Part shown: positions 26,368-40,427 of the stretch, piece by piece
Position numbering within the stretch: position 1 is the stretch's first letter
Layout of the letters: every line of letters starts with the position of its first letter
From: Octopus sinensis
Taxonomy: Eukaryota
NCBI RefSeq assembly: GCF_006345805.1
Contig: NC_043003.1
Span: 42,966,001 to 43,030,000, forward strand
Direction of reading: 5' to 3'
Length of the DNA: 64,000 nucleotides
Position numbers and translations under genes: made by a program
Notes under the pieces: generated by a model
Told to the model about the DNA's origin: nothing
The model's database searches: none
The model's input: the letters and a program-made list of their open reading frames with translations, nothing else

Positions 26368-28340
26368 TATACTTTTAATTTAAAATTTAAAAAAGATTAT
26401 GTTCATTGAAGATGAATATCTGCCTTACTGCCCCCTTTGAGGTCGCAGATATTTTGATGTAACTTCTTTCCTACTGAACCAAATCTCAAACTATTTATGC
26501 CAAAGCATAGCTGAGGAGGTGTCCTCTTTAAAACTATCAACAGTTTGAAATTTAGTTGAGAATGGAATTAGTGGTGAAGCTTGGAAGCTGCTGCGATTGA
26601 CGAAATGGTGAACTTAAGAATGTATTCAACCACGGTAGTGGCTGAATGATAAATAGGTAAAAATCACAGAGCCTAAGTGAACAAACAGAAAATACTATGC
26701 AGAGTTTGACAATCGAAAAATCAGGTACCTGAGATCTGTCCACAACTTTTTTTTTTATTTGCCAATCGTCTTTTGGCATTCTCTTCGTTAATAAATGTAT
26801 CCCGGGATAAGGTAGATTCACTTCTCTTCATTGTACACTTATTTGTAGTTTCCTCTTTAACTCAAATTTACTCGCTACACACGGACACACACGATTTTTA
26901 CTTATTTATTATCCTTACGCCTACGCAGAATTATTCGCCGCTACTTCGCGAATTGGCCATTACAAGTATATATATATATATACACGCACATACGTATCCA
27001 TTCAAACTTTCTTATTTGCACTGTTTTCTTTAGGTTTATGTTTTTCTTTTCGAAAACAACTGACTATGATTTTAATTGTATATACTTGTATCTTTTTTTC
27101 TGACGCTATAATGCACTTGCATTTGAATGTAGGTCGCATATTGTTATTGCTATTCCATTTCAGTCGTACATTTTCGTTTATTCGAAATGCTATTTCTTCT
27201 ATTGAATTGAGATATATAATGTATTTTTTTTTTTACCACAATAACAAACTTATGGAATGTCCTGTTCATTGTATTTATATCCTACAGGCTATATAGTGTA
27301 GCATAGAGTGTGCATGATTTGCGGACCGTTTAGTGTATTTCGTCTGTGACTTGGTTATTACGAGACTTCTAAAATATTATATGTCTAGTTTTCGGGCGAT
27401 TTAAAGACTATTTGAATATCTAAATACTAACTAAATATCAACGATGCTACAACGAGTCTAAAATGTAATCTTGGATAGCAACTCAGTATTCTTATGGGAA
27501 ATTTTCCTGCTAGTCAGGCACCTTTCATTGATTATATTTTTTATGCGTAAATTTGTATTTTTATTCCGTTCGAATATAAGAAATTAACCAATGAATATTT
27601 AGTCTTCAGCGGCCGTAGGTGCAAAATAAGTGACACAAACTTTTCCTATCTTTCTCGACCATTGGCGATTTTAGCTTAACTTTCATCTTCCTCTCTTCTA
27701 TTATCTGTACTTATCAACCACCTACGATTCAGCCTTCCTGTACCCCTTTACCAGAGGTTTATCGGCATATATTCTTTAGCAACAGAATATCACGGTGTCG
27801 TATTGAAAGATCAAACCACTTCACTTGTACGTTTTGATAAACGACAGAAGAGCTTCTAATTTTGCTGCATTTCCAACAATTTCTTTTCTTACACTCTCAT
27901 AAGTTCAAAGTTCGGTAAATTGAATACAAAGCAACATTCTATAAGATTTCATTTCAACAGACAATTTTTTTTCTCTCACTTCCCGCTCCTAACGTCTGTG
28001 ATTCACATCCAGATCGTGTAGTTCACATTAAAAAGAAAATTGTTGCAATAAGTTTTTTAAAATTATTTAATTTTGGTGAAGCCACAATAACTGCTGCAAA
28101 AATAAATTTTATTACTTTGGACGACTTCACATCTCCCGTTATTATTCTTTACAACTATTCATACTCACCGACTCATTTTCCTTGCTATTTCAGTTAGTTT
28201 TACCATTCTATTCATTTTGGTGTTTGAAATTTTCTGTAAATTGAATACAAAGCAACATTCTTGGATATTCTTATGGTTAGTTTTACAGTATATATACTTC
28301 TTCTATTCAAAATATCTCGTGTATATTTAATCAAAATAAA

Positions 28341-28635
28341 TACATCTTCTCCTCGACTTATGACCAATTTCAATTCCAACTAAGAGGTCGTAAGTCGATC
28401 TGGTCGTATGACGAATCTATATTTTTCAACACTATTTTCATTCAAACGCAACTGATGTTTGAAAGCAATTAGTGGCAAGCAGTGAATGCTTGGGTCTGCA
28501 GGTTCTGCTGCAGTTATCGTAGGCGCAGCTGCCTAATGTCCGAAAATCGAATTTTTAATTAATCAATTTATTTTTTTATTTCCTCATATTTTGTGGTGGT
28601 AAGTGCGGATGGTCGTAAGTCGAGGAGAAGGTATA
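28341..28635. mobile_element. pogo/Tigger-like MITE
   Basis: TIRs tacatcttctcctcgacttatgacca (28341-28366) and tggtcgtaagtcgaggagaaggtata (28610-28635), TA-flanked. Confidence 0.7.
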
Positions 28636-30149
28636 TATATATATATACGTCTTCTAGATGTGAGTGGATAGCAAAGTCATCAAGATGTCTGATAGAGTTT
28701 TCTATAAGATATTCCACTTCTTTCGCTCTTCCTATAAAATTTCTAGAAGGCATGAATATCTATTCCCGTCTAATATGTGTATTCAGACTTTCAACTTTCT
28801 GAATTCAAATACTACCTAAGTCAGCTTTATTTTCTATCTCTTCTGGGTCAATAAAGAAAGTACCATACCAGTATGTGAATCGATTTTTTTACATTTAGAC
28901 ATAGAAAGTAGTGCGTTCTTCTAAGCTTAATATTATGTTAAACACAGTGTATGTCTCAATGGAAACCATGCGATTCCAATAGGATTTCAGGGAACAAGGA
29001 AAGACACCCCACTTTCTACTGATAAATGTTCTTCTGAGGAATGTCAGTCTCATCTAATAATGAGTAACTACTATTTGTTCTTGCATAAGAATATGCCATA
29101 TGTTTATAATACAACAAATATCTAATTACTTTGCATCTTGTGCGTTAAAACATAATAAATATCAATACAACATTGTGTCGGAGGTATGTCAAGCTTAATA
29201 ATTGTAAATTTATGTGAGATAAACAGAGATGGCAGAATAATTTGCAACGCAATGTACAGATCTGAGCGACTGAAATAGCGTTCAATAATACATACACACA
29301 TACATACATACGTACATACATACTTGTAAATTCAGGTGATCTTTGTTATTGGTATGTAATTCCAGGTCAGGCATATCTTTGGAAGGCTAACGTCAACTGA
29401 ATTCAGTCCGGGACAATTATATTTTGAAGACTCATGCTCGTAGGTTATCATTATACAAATATGTCCATCATTTCATACAATGATAGAATGATAACTGAAG
29501 ATCTATTTGATATTTCTCGCAACAAAACAAATGAGTATTGATTGCTACATCGACTTCTGATAAATATGTATATTATGCAAATAGTTGGTGTTTAAGGCCT
29601 TCTTAAAAAATTACCAGTTGTTACAAATCTTGATTGAATAGACAAATAAAAGTTGTAACATAGGGATATGTTGTAAGAAGGCAATAAACTATAAAAAACA
29701 ATAATCTTGAATTTGTTTGTAACATTGGGCTATATATAATCAGCGATTGCTATGATCACTGGAAATCTAATCATACACCTACTCATACGTACATCAATAA
29801 TATAAATCCAGTTCTGTATGCGTTTGTGTGCGTGTGTGTGTGTGTGTGTGTGAAAGACTATAACGGCCGTATTTTTCAACTGATTTTCTCCAAATTGGGA
29901 ACATACGACGCTTAATCAGTAACGAGCACCATGAGGGCGGAAAACACCCGTTCTTGGGTTACGTGGAAAAGGGAGGTAACTCTTTACGAAGTAACTTTCA
30001 GAATTTGATTGTCTCCCTTACATCTATTGGTCATAAAAAACAATATTGCATTTTATATTACTTCACATATTTGAAAGTTTGGTATCTCTCGTATCTATCT
30101 GTCTACATCTTATCTATCTATATCTATCTCATTTGTTTATCTAGCTAGT

Positions 30150-31497
30150 AGCTAGCTCTCCCTATTTCCTCTCTCTATATCTAACTCATTCTCTATTATT
30201 TTCACTTCCATTTTTCAGACGCTCTTGTTTTTACTTTAAGTTCAATTGCTATTGCTTTCACTGTAAGTTTTCAATCGGTATTTACAAACAACAACGGCCA
30301 GAGAGAAGTTTACAATTACTGATGAAAGTAATTTGATACATAATTTACTGATAGAAGTAACTTCATAACTTTTACTTCAATCCGTACACTTCGTTAAATT
30401 TGCCTACACATTTCTTATTTACTTCTGCAACGGTTTTGCATTTTCTGTTTTTAACGGCTTTTTTCTGGTTCCTTCGGGTTCACTGACAAATTTCTCTTCA
30501 GCCCGTACAGTATTTTATTTTCCGTAAATATTTCTTATTTACCTTCTGCCCGCCGTATCAAGAAATATAATTTCAATACCCAGTTATTTTCATTATTTGC
30601 TATCTTCTGCACCTGCATTTCTGTATTTGTATGTACCATTCCTAGAAGGAAAGTGTCAAATTTGTCTACAATGTCAAGGCCAGCCAGAAGAATGTCTCTG
30701 TCCCGGGAAAAAGAGACAACTGCAGAAAGAGAAGCATACCAAGAAACGAAAAGACTGTGCACTACAAAATCAAGAGCATCTCAAAGTCATAAACAGAGGT
30801 ATGCACAGCTGACAAGGAAAATGGTGCCTACTGCAAAACGAAGAGCAGTTGCAACAGCTCAGCGAAGCAACGTCTATGAAGCAGCTTTCAATTATGATCC
30901 AGCAGTTCATTGTGCAGATGACACTAGAGTTTCCCTTGGTGCAATAACAACTGAGTGTATACATTGAAAAGCAAGAAAGTGGCTTGGATAGATTTCTGTA
31001 CTGTACTGCAGTGGTGGAAAGGTTAAACTCCCTGCAATCCTCCAAACTCCAGAGTCATTGAAGAAACTATTATCATCAGCTGATTCAAGCACTTCTATAA
31101 CACAATTTGACAATACAACGCTGCACTACAGATGACACCATTTGAAGTCACAAGAGATTTAACTGAGCCAGAAATCATGCAAACTTTCAAAATCCACGGT
31201 CAGATTTATCATCTGTTTGGCTCTCTACTATCTCTGTCAAATGAATCACCAAAATCGGCCTTTCACTGTTTATCTGTTTCTTTTTTGGTTACGTGTTTTT
31301 GAATTACGTGTACTTACTTTATATACATATATGAGTTGAAAACACTCTTTTAACATTTCACTTAACGTCTGTGCAGAGTTATTAATGTAGAAAACTAGTA
31401 TCTCAGCTATTTGCAGTTGAGACCTGTGTTAATCTAGACGGCGTTTTAAAATTTTATTATTCTCTTTAAGCCAGGCAGCGCCGGGTATTTCTGCTAG
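30150..31497 (+). mobile_element. Helitron internal-deletion derivative (RepHel N-terminal zinc-finger region, 3' hairpin + CTAG)
   Basis: 30671-31254: AAFNYDP..LGAITTECIH*KA..CSGGKVKLP..QMTPF..MQTFKIHGQIYHLFGSLL; 3' end ccaggcagcgccgggtatttctgCTAG|t at 31494-31497; 5' boundary approximate. Confidence 0.8.
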
Positions 31498-31797
31498 TAT
31501 ATACATATATCTAAACATGCAAATATATGTATAGAAGCAACATTGACTCAAAGGACTGGTGATATGTGCCAATGAGTTTATTAGATTGATACACACACTG
31601 AAATGAATCAACTGGCTCGTGGTCATTGGCTAATAAGTTGGTCGTTGGAGATTGTTGGATAATTAATGATAATTTATGTATTAGCTGGTATTTATATCGT
31701 TTGTAAAAAATATCAATTATGCAGCACACTCGCAAACGCACACACACACATATGTATAAAGTGCTTCATATGAACGCGAATATGTGCGAGCAGATAA

Positions 31798-31896
<99 letters not shown>

Positions 31897-31919
31897 GTGT
31901 GCGTGTGTGTGAGTATATG

Positions 31920-31950
<31 letters not shown>

Positions 31951-32049
31951 ATTTCATTTTTGTATTTTGTTTAGAATATTCTTTATAAGAATTCGTGTGT
32001 TGAAGCATATTTTATTGTGTTTGTAGAAAGTCATTCTCATTTAGTGCCT

Positions 32050-32900
32050 TATTAATTTAACACACTCACCGATCTGACCTCTGTTTAAGACATCAATATC
32101 CGGCCTGTTATGTTTACATTTGACAGAAGTTTTGATGGGAATATTCCACCAGAATTTCTTGAGTTGGTGTTTATGAACGTATTCCATAACAGGGGGATTT
32201 CCAAAGTTTCTTTCAGGACAGTCTTTATTTCGTGCCGCATAGGGTGGTAGCACCGTAACTACATTCCACAGAAACATGACATAGCCTACACATGCGGCTT
32301 TAGCTTGGGATTACAAGAGCATCACCAGGTACTTCAAAGTGTGACGTGATGTAGTTGTCTTGTATCCAAGAGAGGCTGCTTTTCGTATAATTTCTACTGT
32401 CTTCTTCTAGCTTCCGGGTAATATACCCATGCATAGTCTTTGCTTTTTGTAAGCTGAATGCTTTCCATCCAGGTCTTCTCTGAGGTAAGAGAGCCCAGCT
32501 GTTTTGGGTCTGTATAGATCATCAGGAAGAGAGTGCTTCTTGTGGAACTCACAGCCAACTCACTTCACTTTTCAGCACTACCTTTATATATTTATTTTTA
32601 CTGCTGTTGTTCAGCAGGAGCTGCCTGAGTGATACCATACAGCATTCGACGGTCGTCCGCACTAATCTCATACATCTACCACCTTCATTTCTTCTTAGGT
32701 AGAGTCTGTCAACATCACTGTTTCTGTGAACGTTCCAGTTGTTCAGTCACTCCTATACTTAAGAAACCTGGCGCATTAAACAGCCGTAGCTGTCTAAATG
32801 TATCCAGTTCAAGCGCCACTTACTAGAAAATTGGATCTCCCCGTTTGCCAGTTAGGCCTCTTTGGTTTTTTTTCCCACCTCTTATTCAAGGCAGATGACC
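32050..32900 (-). pseudogene. R4/Dong-clade non-LTR retrotransposon fragment (post-RT domain to RLE endonuclease)
   Basis: HRNSDVDRLYLRRNEGGR..; FWWNIPIKTSVKCKHNRPDIDV (PD-type RLE motif); many stops and shifts. Confidence 0.7.
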
Positions 32901-33478
32901 CGCTTTCATCAACGTTTTTGTTAAGACATATGCCTCGAGGTCTGAGCGTTTCCTCACGTCTGCAGCGTAGATATTTAAAATCTAGTATTTATATAGTCTG
33001 ACCAGCTATCCACAAGGCTTTGCTTTGTGGATGCGAAACCATGGGTAACTCTATGTCCAAGATATAAAAGTTTTTGTTGTAATATATCCATATCTATCTA
33101 TCTGTATGTCTGTCTATCTATCTATCTACTACATACACAACCTACTTACACACACACAACATGTATAAATATATATACATATCTAAAGCTGAATGCTCAT
33201 ACGTCGTTCGACGTGACAGTCTATATATATCTATATATATATATATCTATATATATATATATGTCTGTATGTATGTATGTATGATATATGTATGTATGTA
33301 TGTATGCATGTATGTATGTAAGTATATACGTTTTTATGCATCTCTCTTTTTCTTTCTCTCGCTTTCTCTCTATGAAAAAATGCACACACACACGTTTCAT
33401 GCGATGTTGAATTAGAATGTAAACAATTTTACATTAATCTAATTGATTACTCTGTTGTTTTGTAGAATATAAATTTAT

Positions 33479-33612
33479 TATTCTTAAGCAAGAATATTAT
33501 TAACAGGGATTTCGAAGTTTCAGCCAGCTAAGTCTTTATCGGACTGCCGACGATGACGTAGCTGGCCGAAAGTTCCAAGACACTGCCAATAATGTACTTG
33601 TTTCAGAATACT
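33479..33612. repeat. Imperfect palindrome, Penelope-end-like with CCGACGA...GAAA words
   Basis: tattcttaagcaag...tttcagccagcta mirrors tagctggccgaaag...cttgtttcagaata. Confidence 0.55.
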
Positions 33613-33645
33613 CTCTCCCTAATTTCACTCCTCTTTCTCTTTGTA

Positions 33646-33702
<57 letters not shown>

Positions 33703-33738
33703 ATTATATTATATATTATATAATATATTATATATATA

Positions 33739-33776
<38 letters not shown>

Positions 33777-35397
33777 GCAGTTTGAAGTTGATTAGTAGCT
33801 ATATATATTTATATGTAGGTTGTGATGTATGGCGAAAAACAGATGAATGCATGCATAGATATTTATTCTTCTGAGCATCTGAATCTCTGCCTACCTCCTT
33901 ACCAATATTTCAAACTGTCTACACATATGAACGTAACATTTCCCTCCATACATTTCCTTTTAATCCAATTTGTGTCAGTTGTTTTCTATTGAATGATATA
34001 TATTAATATATATATGTGTATGTCCATATATATGCATGTACATATATGCATGTAATATGTTATAATATAAATGTTATAATAGTTATATATATATGTATAT
34101 TTCTGTGTATGTGTGCATGTGTGTGTGTGTGTGTGTGTATTCACATATTTCTCCATACTTATTTCATTGCATTTTATGTCTATGTTCATATAGAAATACA
34201 TGAAACACACGAACGCACGAACACATAGACACACATGACCCACGTTTTAGTGTTTGCGTGTATGTGTGTTGGAGGGAATGTATGTTTTTACGTACGTGAG
34301 TATTTGTGTTCACGTGTGTGTTCGTGCCAGTCATGTGTGGGTGTGTATGAATGTATTAGAGACCATTTATTGGTGCGCGTTTTACCCATAATATTTGTAT
34401 CTTCTGCACTAGTTATTCGCTAATTTTCCCATAAGTCGTATCTCATTCTCCACTGGATAGTTTTACTGCTTCCCACTTTCACAGAATCATTCATATTCTT
34501 TTATGAAAATCCTATGGTTGTCACTGTTAGCCAGAAGGAGCAAATTTTCTTCTGCACTCAGTTAATGTTTTGCACTAAAGAATTCTGTTTGCTGGAGGTG
34601 GGTGCAAGTCTCAAGAATCACATTAACGCTAACTTGAATAAGAGTTCATTATTTCCACTATATATCACATATAATAGCATGACGTTAGATTCCTTCTGGA
34701 CAAATATATGTATAAAGACAACCTCTATGTTATGTAACATGTTTGCATGAACATTTATGCCTGTATCTATGTATGTAAGTATGTATGTATGCAAACACGC
34801 GCACATATATAATCTATATAATGTATATGTATATGCATATGCCGAGATTAAATGTAAGATTTGAGAGAATGAAGGCCATAATACAGATTCGATTCTCGGT
34901 CTGTGTCAGTCTTATTAAAATGGCGTCGTAATAAATTACAGTTTCATGACTACAAACCGTTGCGGTATTGTCTACGTGATCACGGGATTCGCTTTATGTG
35001 TGTCTAATCACTGTATTGAAAATATATACGCACTATTCATTACTGACACATATATGTTCCCTACCTGATTTGAAGAAGTGTAACAATTTTCATTTCTTCC
35101 GCCACACAAAAGCCTTTTGTGACAAGGCTTAAGCCCATGCAATGTGGAGAAGACAGAATACTAACCAAATTGAAACCAATCCCTTTCATTTATGTTAGTG
35201 AATTTCTGAGGAACTATCTGAACATTTAGACATCGCACTTTTTCCTAATAACAAATGTGTGATGTTGTCTGAAACGTTATGAATCGGCTAACACATAATT
35301 CAAAATTACCCGCGTGTCATAATATTTTTCTCGATTTGAATTAGAGTGGTTAATCTAATATAGTCACAGCTGTCTGCCAATCAGGCCCAGATGGCTA

Positions 35398-35628
35398 CGA
35401 CTATCTTGTCACTGTGTGCACTACCCTGATTTGGAAGTGTCCGAATTAGTCTTGTGAAACGCACTTCATATTGATGTAAGAAGACGAAAACGTCGTCAAA
35501 CTTACACTGACAACTTGATTGCAGACACTGGCCTGAAATACATCCAGGACTTCGTGTCAGTGATGTTGGACCGAGAAGTGTGACAGGCAGACTTCGTTGC
35601 TGCGGCCCGATTTAGAAGCTGGCCGTAA
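35398..35628 (+). pseudogene. RTE-clade LINE 3' end fragment
   Basis: RLSCHCVHYPDLEVSELVL*..RRQTYTDNLIADTGL..MLDREV*Q; both stops sit where TGG (Trp) is expected. Confidence 0.7.
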
Positions 35629-35826
35629 TAGCAATAATCCAAGATACTGGTTCAATTCTATGTCTAACTGAGATTTTATCGTACCAAATGCTAAATACTA
35701 CGAAATAAATTTGTTGTTTGGATTTTTTCTGTTGCTGTAACAGTGTTGAATAAAAAAAAATGTTCCTGTTTCTGTCAAATTTAGTGTGCTGATGTAGTTT
35801 TGTATGCTAATTATGGGAATGAAAAA

Positions 35827-36222
35827 GGCGGCGAGCTGGCAGAAACGTTAGCACGCCGGGCGAAATGCTTTCCGGTATTTCGTCTGCCGCTGCGTCCTGA
35901 GTTCCAATTCCGCTGAGGTCGACTTTGCCTTTCATCCTTTCTGGATCGAGTAAATAAGTACCAGTTACGCACTGGGGTCGATATAATCGACTTAATCCGT
36001 TTGTCTGTCCTTGTTTGTCATCTCTGTGTTTAGCCCCTTGTAGGTAGTAAAGAAATAGGCAATTCATCTGTCTTTACGTTCTGAGTTCAAATTCCGCCGA
36101 GCTCGAGTTTGCCTTTCATCATTTCGGGGTCGATAAATTAAGTACCAGTTGCGTACTGGAGTCAATCTAATCGAATGGCCCTCTCTCCCAAAATTTTGGG
36201 CGTTGTGCCTAAAGTAGAAAAG
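35827..36222 (+). mobile_element. Composite SINE family B (two cores, two different tails) with TSD
   Basis: Head+core+tail to 36059, second core+different tail to 36222; TSD aattatgggaatga at 35809-35822 and 36223-36236. Confidence 0.9.
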
Positions 36223-36774
36223 AATTATGGGAATGAGAATCATTTTTGCCATAAATTAATACATAAAATGTTAATAGATTTCAGTTTGTAAAATTTAGGT
36301 AATTTTAGCCACAGTCACATTTGTGCCTGTTTCCATAGTAACAAACCAAGGCGTTGTCTTCTTAAAACTACTACGTATATTTTCTTTACTTATTTATTTT
36401 GTTTGAGTACCTATATTCTGAACTTACATTTTCGAATCTTTGCTGAAAAATTGTTTACGTGAACTGAACTATTCCTACAGTATAATGTACAATTATTTTA
36501 TCTGTAATTGTTCGAAAAAATTTCATGAAGAATTTTATGTTGTTGGCTGTTGGAAAGTTTGTTTTGCATTATTTTACTAGTCAGAAAAAAACTTATGGGA
36601 CTTTTCTGATGCTGTCACAGTTTTTGAAATTTTATAATTAAGTGAAAATGTTCAAATTCGGTGTAGTGATGTAAATTTTAATGCTAAATCTAATTTTATT
36701 ATTCATTTGTTCCAGAAAAGTTTTAGAAAAATATTCACTAAAACTATAGCTCCAGGTTATCCTTTGATCGGATT

Positions 36775-37125
36775 GACCCTAAACTTCAATCCTAAACATT
36801 AACTCATAACCTAAACCCTAATTTTAACCCTAGAGCTAAACCCTAAACTCTAATACTAAACCCTAAAATCCTAATTCTAATCCTAAACCCTTACCCTAAA
36901 CTCTGATTCTAATCTAAACCCTAAAACCTTCATTCTAACTTTAAACTCCAACGCTAAACTCTAATTGTAACCCTAAACTTCAACTTTGAACTCCAGCCTT
37001 AAGCCCTCATTCTAACTCTAAACTTCAACCCTAATTGTAGCTTTAAACCTCAACCCTAGCTCTAATTCTAACCCTAAGCCTCAAACCTAATCCAAAATTC
37101 TAACCCAAACTTCACCCAAATCACA
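36775..37125. repeat. Degenerate interstitial (CCCTAA)-like array
   Basis: Repeated aaccctaa/accctaaac/ttctaa units over ~350 bp, C-rich strand on plus. Confidence 0.75.
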
Positions 37126-37231
37126 GCTGTATTGCTACAACTCAAAAGAATACATACAACATAATACAAAGTAAAAGTTGGTGATTTTTCAGCATCCCAA
37201 AAAATGAACATTTTGGGGGCTACAAATATTG

Positions 37232-37372
37232 ATTTCAAATTTTGGTCCTAGGCCAGCAATTTAGGAGAAGTGGTAAGTCACTTACATCGATCCAAGTATT
37301 CAACAGGTACTTATTTTATCAACCCCGAAAGTATGAAAGGCAAGTCGATCTCGGAGACATTTGAACGCAGAA
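37232..37372 (-). mobile_element. SINE family B, partial
   Basis: ggtacttattttatcaaccccgaaagtatgaaaggcaagtcga core. Confidence 0.75.
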
Positions 37373-37919
37373 CCCAGAAATAGCCTTTTGGGCTAGAAAT
37401 ATTAAAATTCTTTGGTCTCACCTACTACAAAATTTCTATAACACCTCAGTGAGACTCACAAAAGTGTTCTGATTCTACAACAGTGACAGGGACAGTACTG
37501 CTAGTTGATATACGTAAACCTTAAATTTCATCCACGAAACAATTACCAGGTGACGGTTTTGTGCATGTATTTTGGTCATTCGGCCAAAAAAAATCCTTTG
37601 ACGCTTTCTTTAAAGACCCAGTCTCCTCATTCTGCCTCTTCTAAATAATGCAGAAGCATCCAGTTCCTGGTTCTTGTAGCTATCAATCTAACTCACTCAC
37701 TTTTCATCATTTTGCCACTTATACTGAATGCATTCTTCATGCCGTATGCTAAACCACAAATTTTAATCTATCTCTCTGGAATTCTCTTCCTTCCCATGCA
37801 TATTCTTCCTGGTGCCAACAATTCTAAGTTGCTTTAAAAAGAACGCCAACGACAGTGATTTTACTAGATTTGGAGTGCTTGTAAAGCTTCCGTCACTAAA
37901 CCAAAATAATAAAATAAAA

Positions 37920-38070
37920 GCTTAGTTTCTGCTCCCTGACATCTCTTAAAAACATCGCGGGTATCGCTAACTCTCCAAATCTCTATCATCTTCATTCTAT
38001 AGCTTTTTCTAGTTGGCATCATCTTCATGCAACACTCAAATAGTAACTCATTGTCAACTTCCCTCCATTT
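37920..38070 (-). pseudogene. Probable R4/Dong-clade N-terminal fragment
   Basis: WREVDNELLFECCMKMMPTRKSYRMKMIEIW..EQKL resembles the W..E.N..L.EC...P..RGYRKRM..IW N-terminal motif. Confidence 0.45.
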
Positions 38071-38381
38071 TGTGCTTCTCTTTCTTTTGGACCAGTAGGG
38101 GCATCACGACCGGGTGGAGTCTGGCATTCAACTCCATTGCTCTCTGAATGTCCTGTATTGAGTACGGGAGCTCTGGTGTCTTGAAAAATTAAGGAACTCT
38201 TCCCGTTAACGCCATTTTCTGTGTTAATATTGTTTTACATCATTATAAAAAATGAGAGTTAAATGTTATAGAGTTTTCTACCCACGTGTGTTTAGAATAG
38301 TGAGAGTGTCATGTACAAATGTTATCCCAAGTACATCAGCAGCTATAAACTTGAATGCCAACCCCGTAAAACATACAAAAT

Positions 38382-38513
38382 CACTTATTTCATCGAATTC
38401 GACGGATGAAAGGCAAAGTCGATCACGGCGGAATTTGAACTCAGAACGGAAAGATGTGCGAAATACCGTAAGTATTTTGCTTAGCGTGTTAACAATTCTG
38501 TCAGCTCACCGCC
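38382..38513 (-). mobile_element. SINE family B, head+core
   Basis: gatgaaaggcaaagtcgatcacggcggaatttgaactcagaacg...cagctcaccgcc. Confidence 0.8.
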
Positions 38514-39709
38514 CGAACAACAACAGCAGCAGCAACAACAACAACAACAATAATAATGATAATTACCAACGTAAATCTACTGGGATATGAAAAAAAATAG
38601 TTCGCTGGTAATAGTTCTGGAGGCCCACGAGGTAGAAACTTCTTTTTGACAGATGTATTAGTCACAATAGACAGTCATTTATGTATAAAATGAATTATCG
38701 AAATATAAAAACGTGGAAATAGAGCTATCCATTATGTGAGTATTTCGAATAGAAACAATCTCTAGGTGCCTTCGGAATTGCTAATGCAGTCAAATACATC
38801 ACTTCATCTTCTGAAATGTTAAGAATTTTGATTTCTAGCATGAGTAAACAAGCTCAAATTTTAGGGATATATATACTGGGTAAACTATATTTCTTCTTTA
38901 AGAATTATATATGAAGGCGAGATTTAAACTCAGAAAAAATGCCGTTCTACGAATCCACTGTCCTCTGAAATAATTGCTTCTAATTTAGGTACTAAATTTT
39001 TGATACATCCCGCAACCACAATTTTCTCCTTCGCCGAATCCGACCCATAATCAAGCCTTTAGCTTTTTGCATTCGATATTTTGTCGAGACGGCACATCAT
39101 TTCATGCGTTTCTGTGTGTCTTTGTAAAGTAGTCTTAATTATTTTCAAATTATTCTTTGTTATTTCCAAATTATTTTTCATGTATTGAAAAACTACATTG
39201 TTCTTTTAGGAACGAGGTCACTTTCTGATTCTTTCACTGTAAGTACTCTTTCCACATTTCCAGGAGAGAGATGCTACATTGAAATATTTTTAACAGAAGA
39301 CAATATTTTTTCATAAAATAGAAACGAACGAATAAAGGGAAGAAACTGTGTCTAACCAGATGACATATGTCTATACATTTCGAAATAATCAGCATGCAAA
39401 ATAATTCCTTCCCACAAAAAAGAAAAAAAAACAAACAAAAAAAGAGAGAAAGATTTCCTTTGAGTAAAACTTAGCACAACTCAAATTTTCTTGGATAGGA
39501 TCTGAAATACTGCTGTTCGTATATAGATGCAAATACTTGTGCATACGTAATGCGTGTACATTATTCATGAAGCTTAGTATAAATATAGCGTATGTGGATT
39601 GTTTTCAGCAGTGTGTATGGAATAGTGTGTTTCGATACCTTGCTATGTATGCTGAAATAGTAAAAATGAAGAGGCAATATAGATGTATGTATATACACAC
39701 ACACAAATA

Positions 39710-39767
<58 letters not shown>

Positions 39768-39768
39768 G

Positions 39769-39799
<31 letters not shown>

Positions 39800-40393
39800 A
39801 CTTATCTATAAATTAAGGATTTCTTCCCCGAGATAAGAGAAAAATAATAACTATATGCTATATTAGCATCGATCTGTCATCAGTTATTCAGCATTGGAAA
39901 GTTTGCTATGCTGCATAACTGGCAATGTTCCATTGCTCAGAGCGAAAATCCCAACCCCGCTACTTTCTTTAAATCTATCAAAAGAAGAAAAAACATAAAA
40001 ACAAAGCATAAAACAGCAAATTTTCAAAAGACCTACACAAGGCAATATACAAAAACAAACATGAAAACATAAACTGTTTTTAACCCAATAAATAATATAT
40101 TGTTTATTACATTGTTTTATATGCGATACTTTAATATTCATATTCATAATCTTTTTTCATTATTATAGAGTATTTCAATTTTATTTATTGCAGAATATCT
40201 TGGAGCAGTCTTTTAATGATAAGACATATACTAAAAGTAAAGTAAAATGAAATAAATGTAGGCAAATATGAGCGAACGAAAGAAACGATAAGGAGAATTA
40301 TTCATAAATTTTTGTCAAAAGAAAAAAAGTTTTTATTTCTTCAAATGAAGTAGAAAAATAATAGATGATTAATATATACATACATACATATAT

Positions 40394-40427
<34 letters not shown>

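Noticed and set aside
27915-28261. 26-bp direct repeat gtaaattgaatacaaagcaacattct (27915-27940, 28236-28261)
   Set aside because: Only two copies and no element structure between them.
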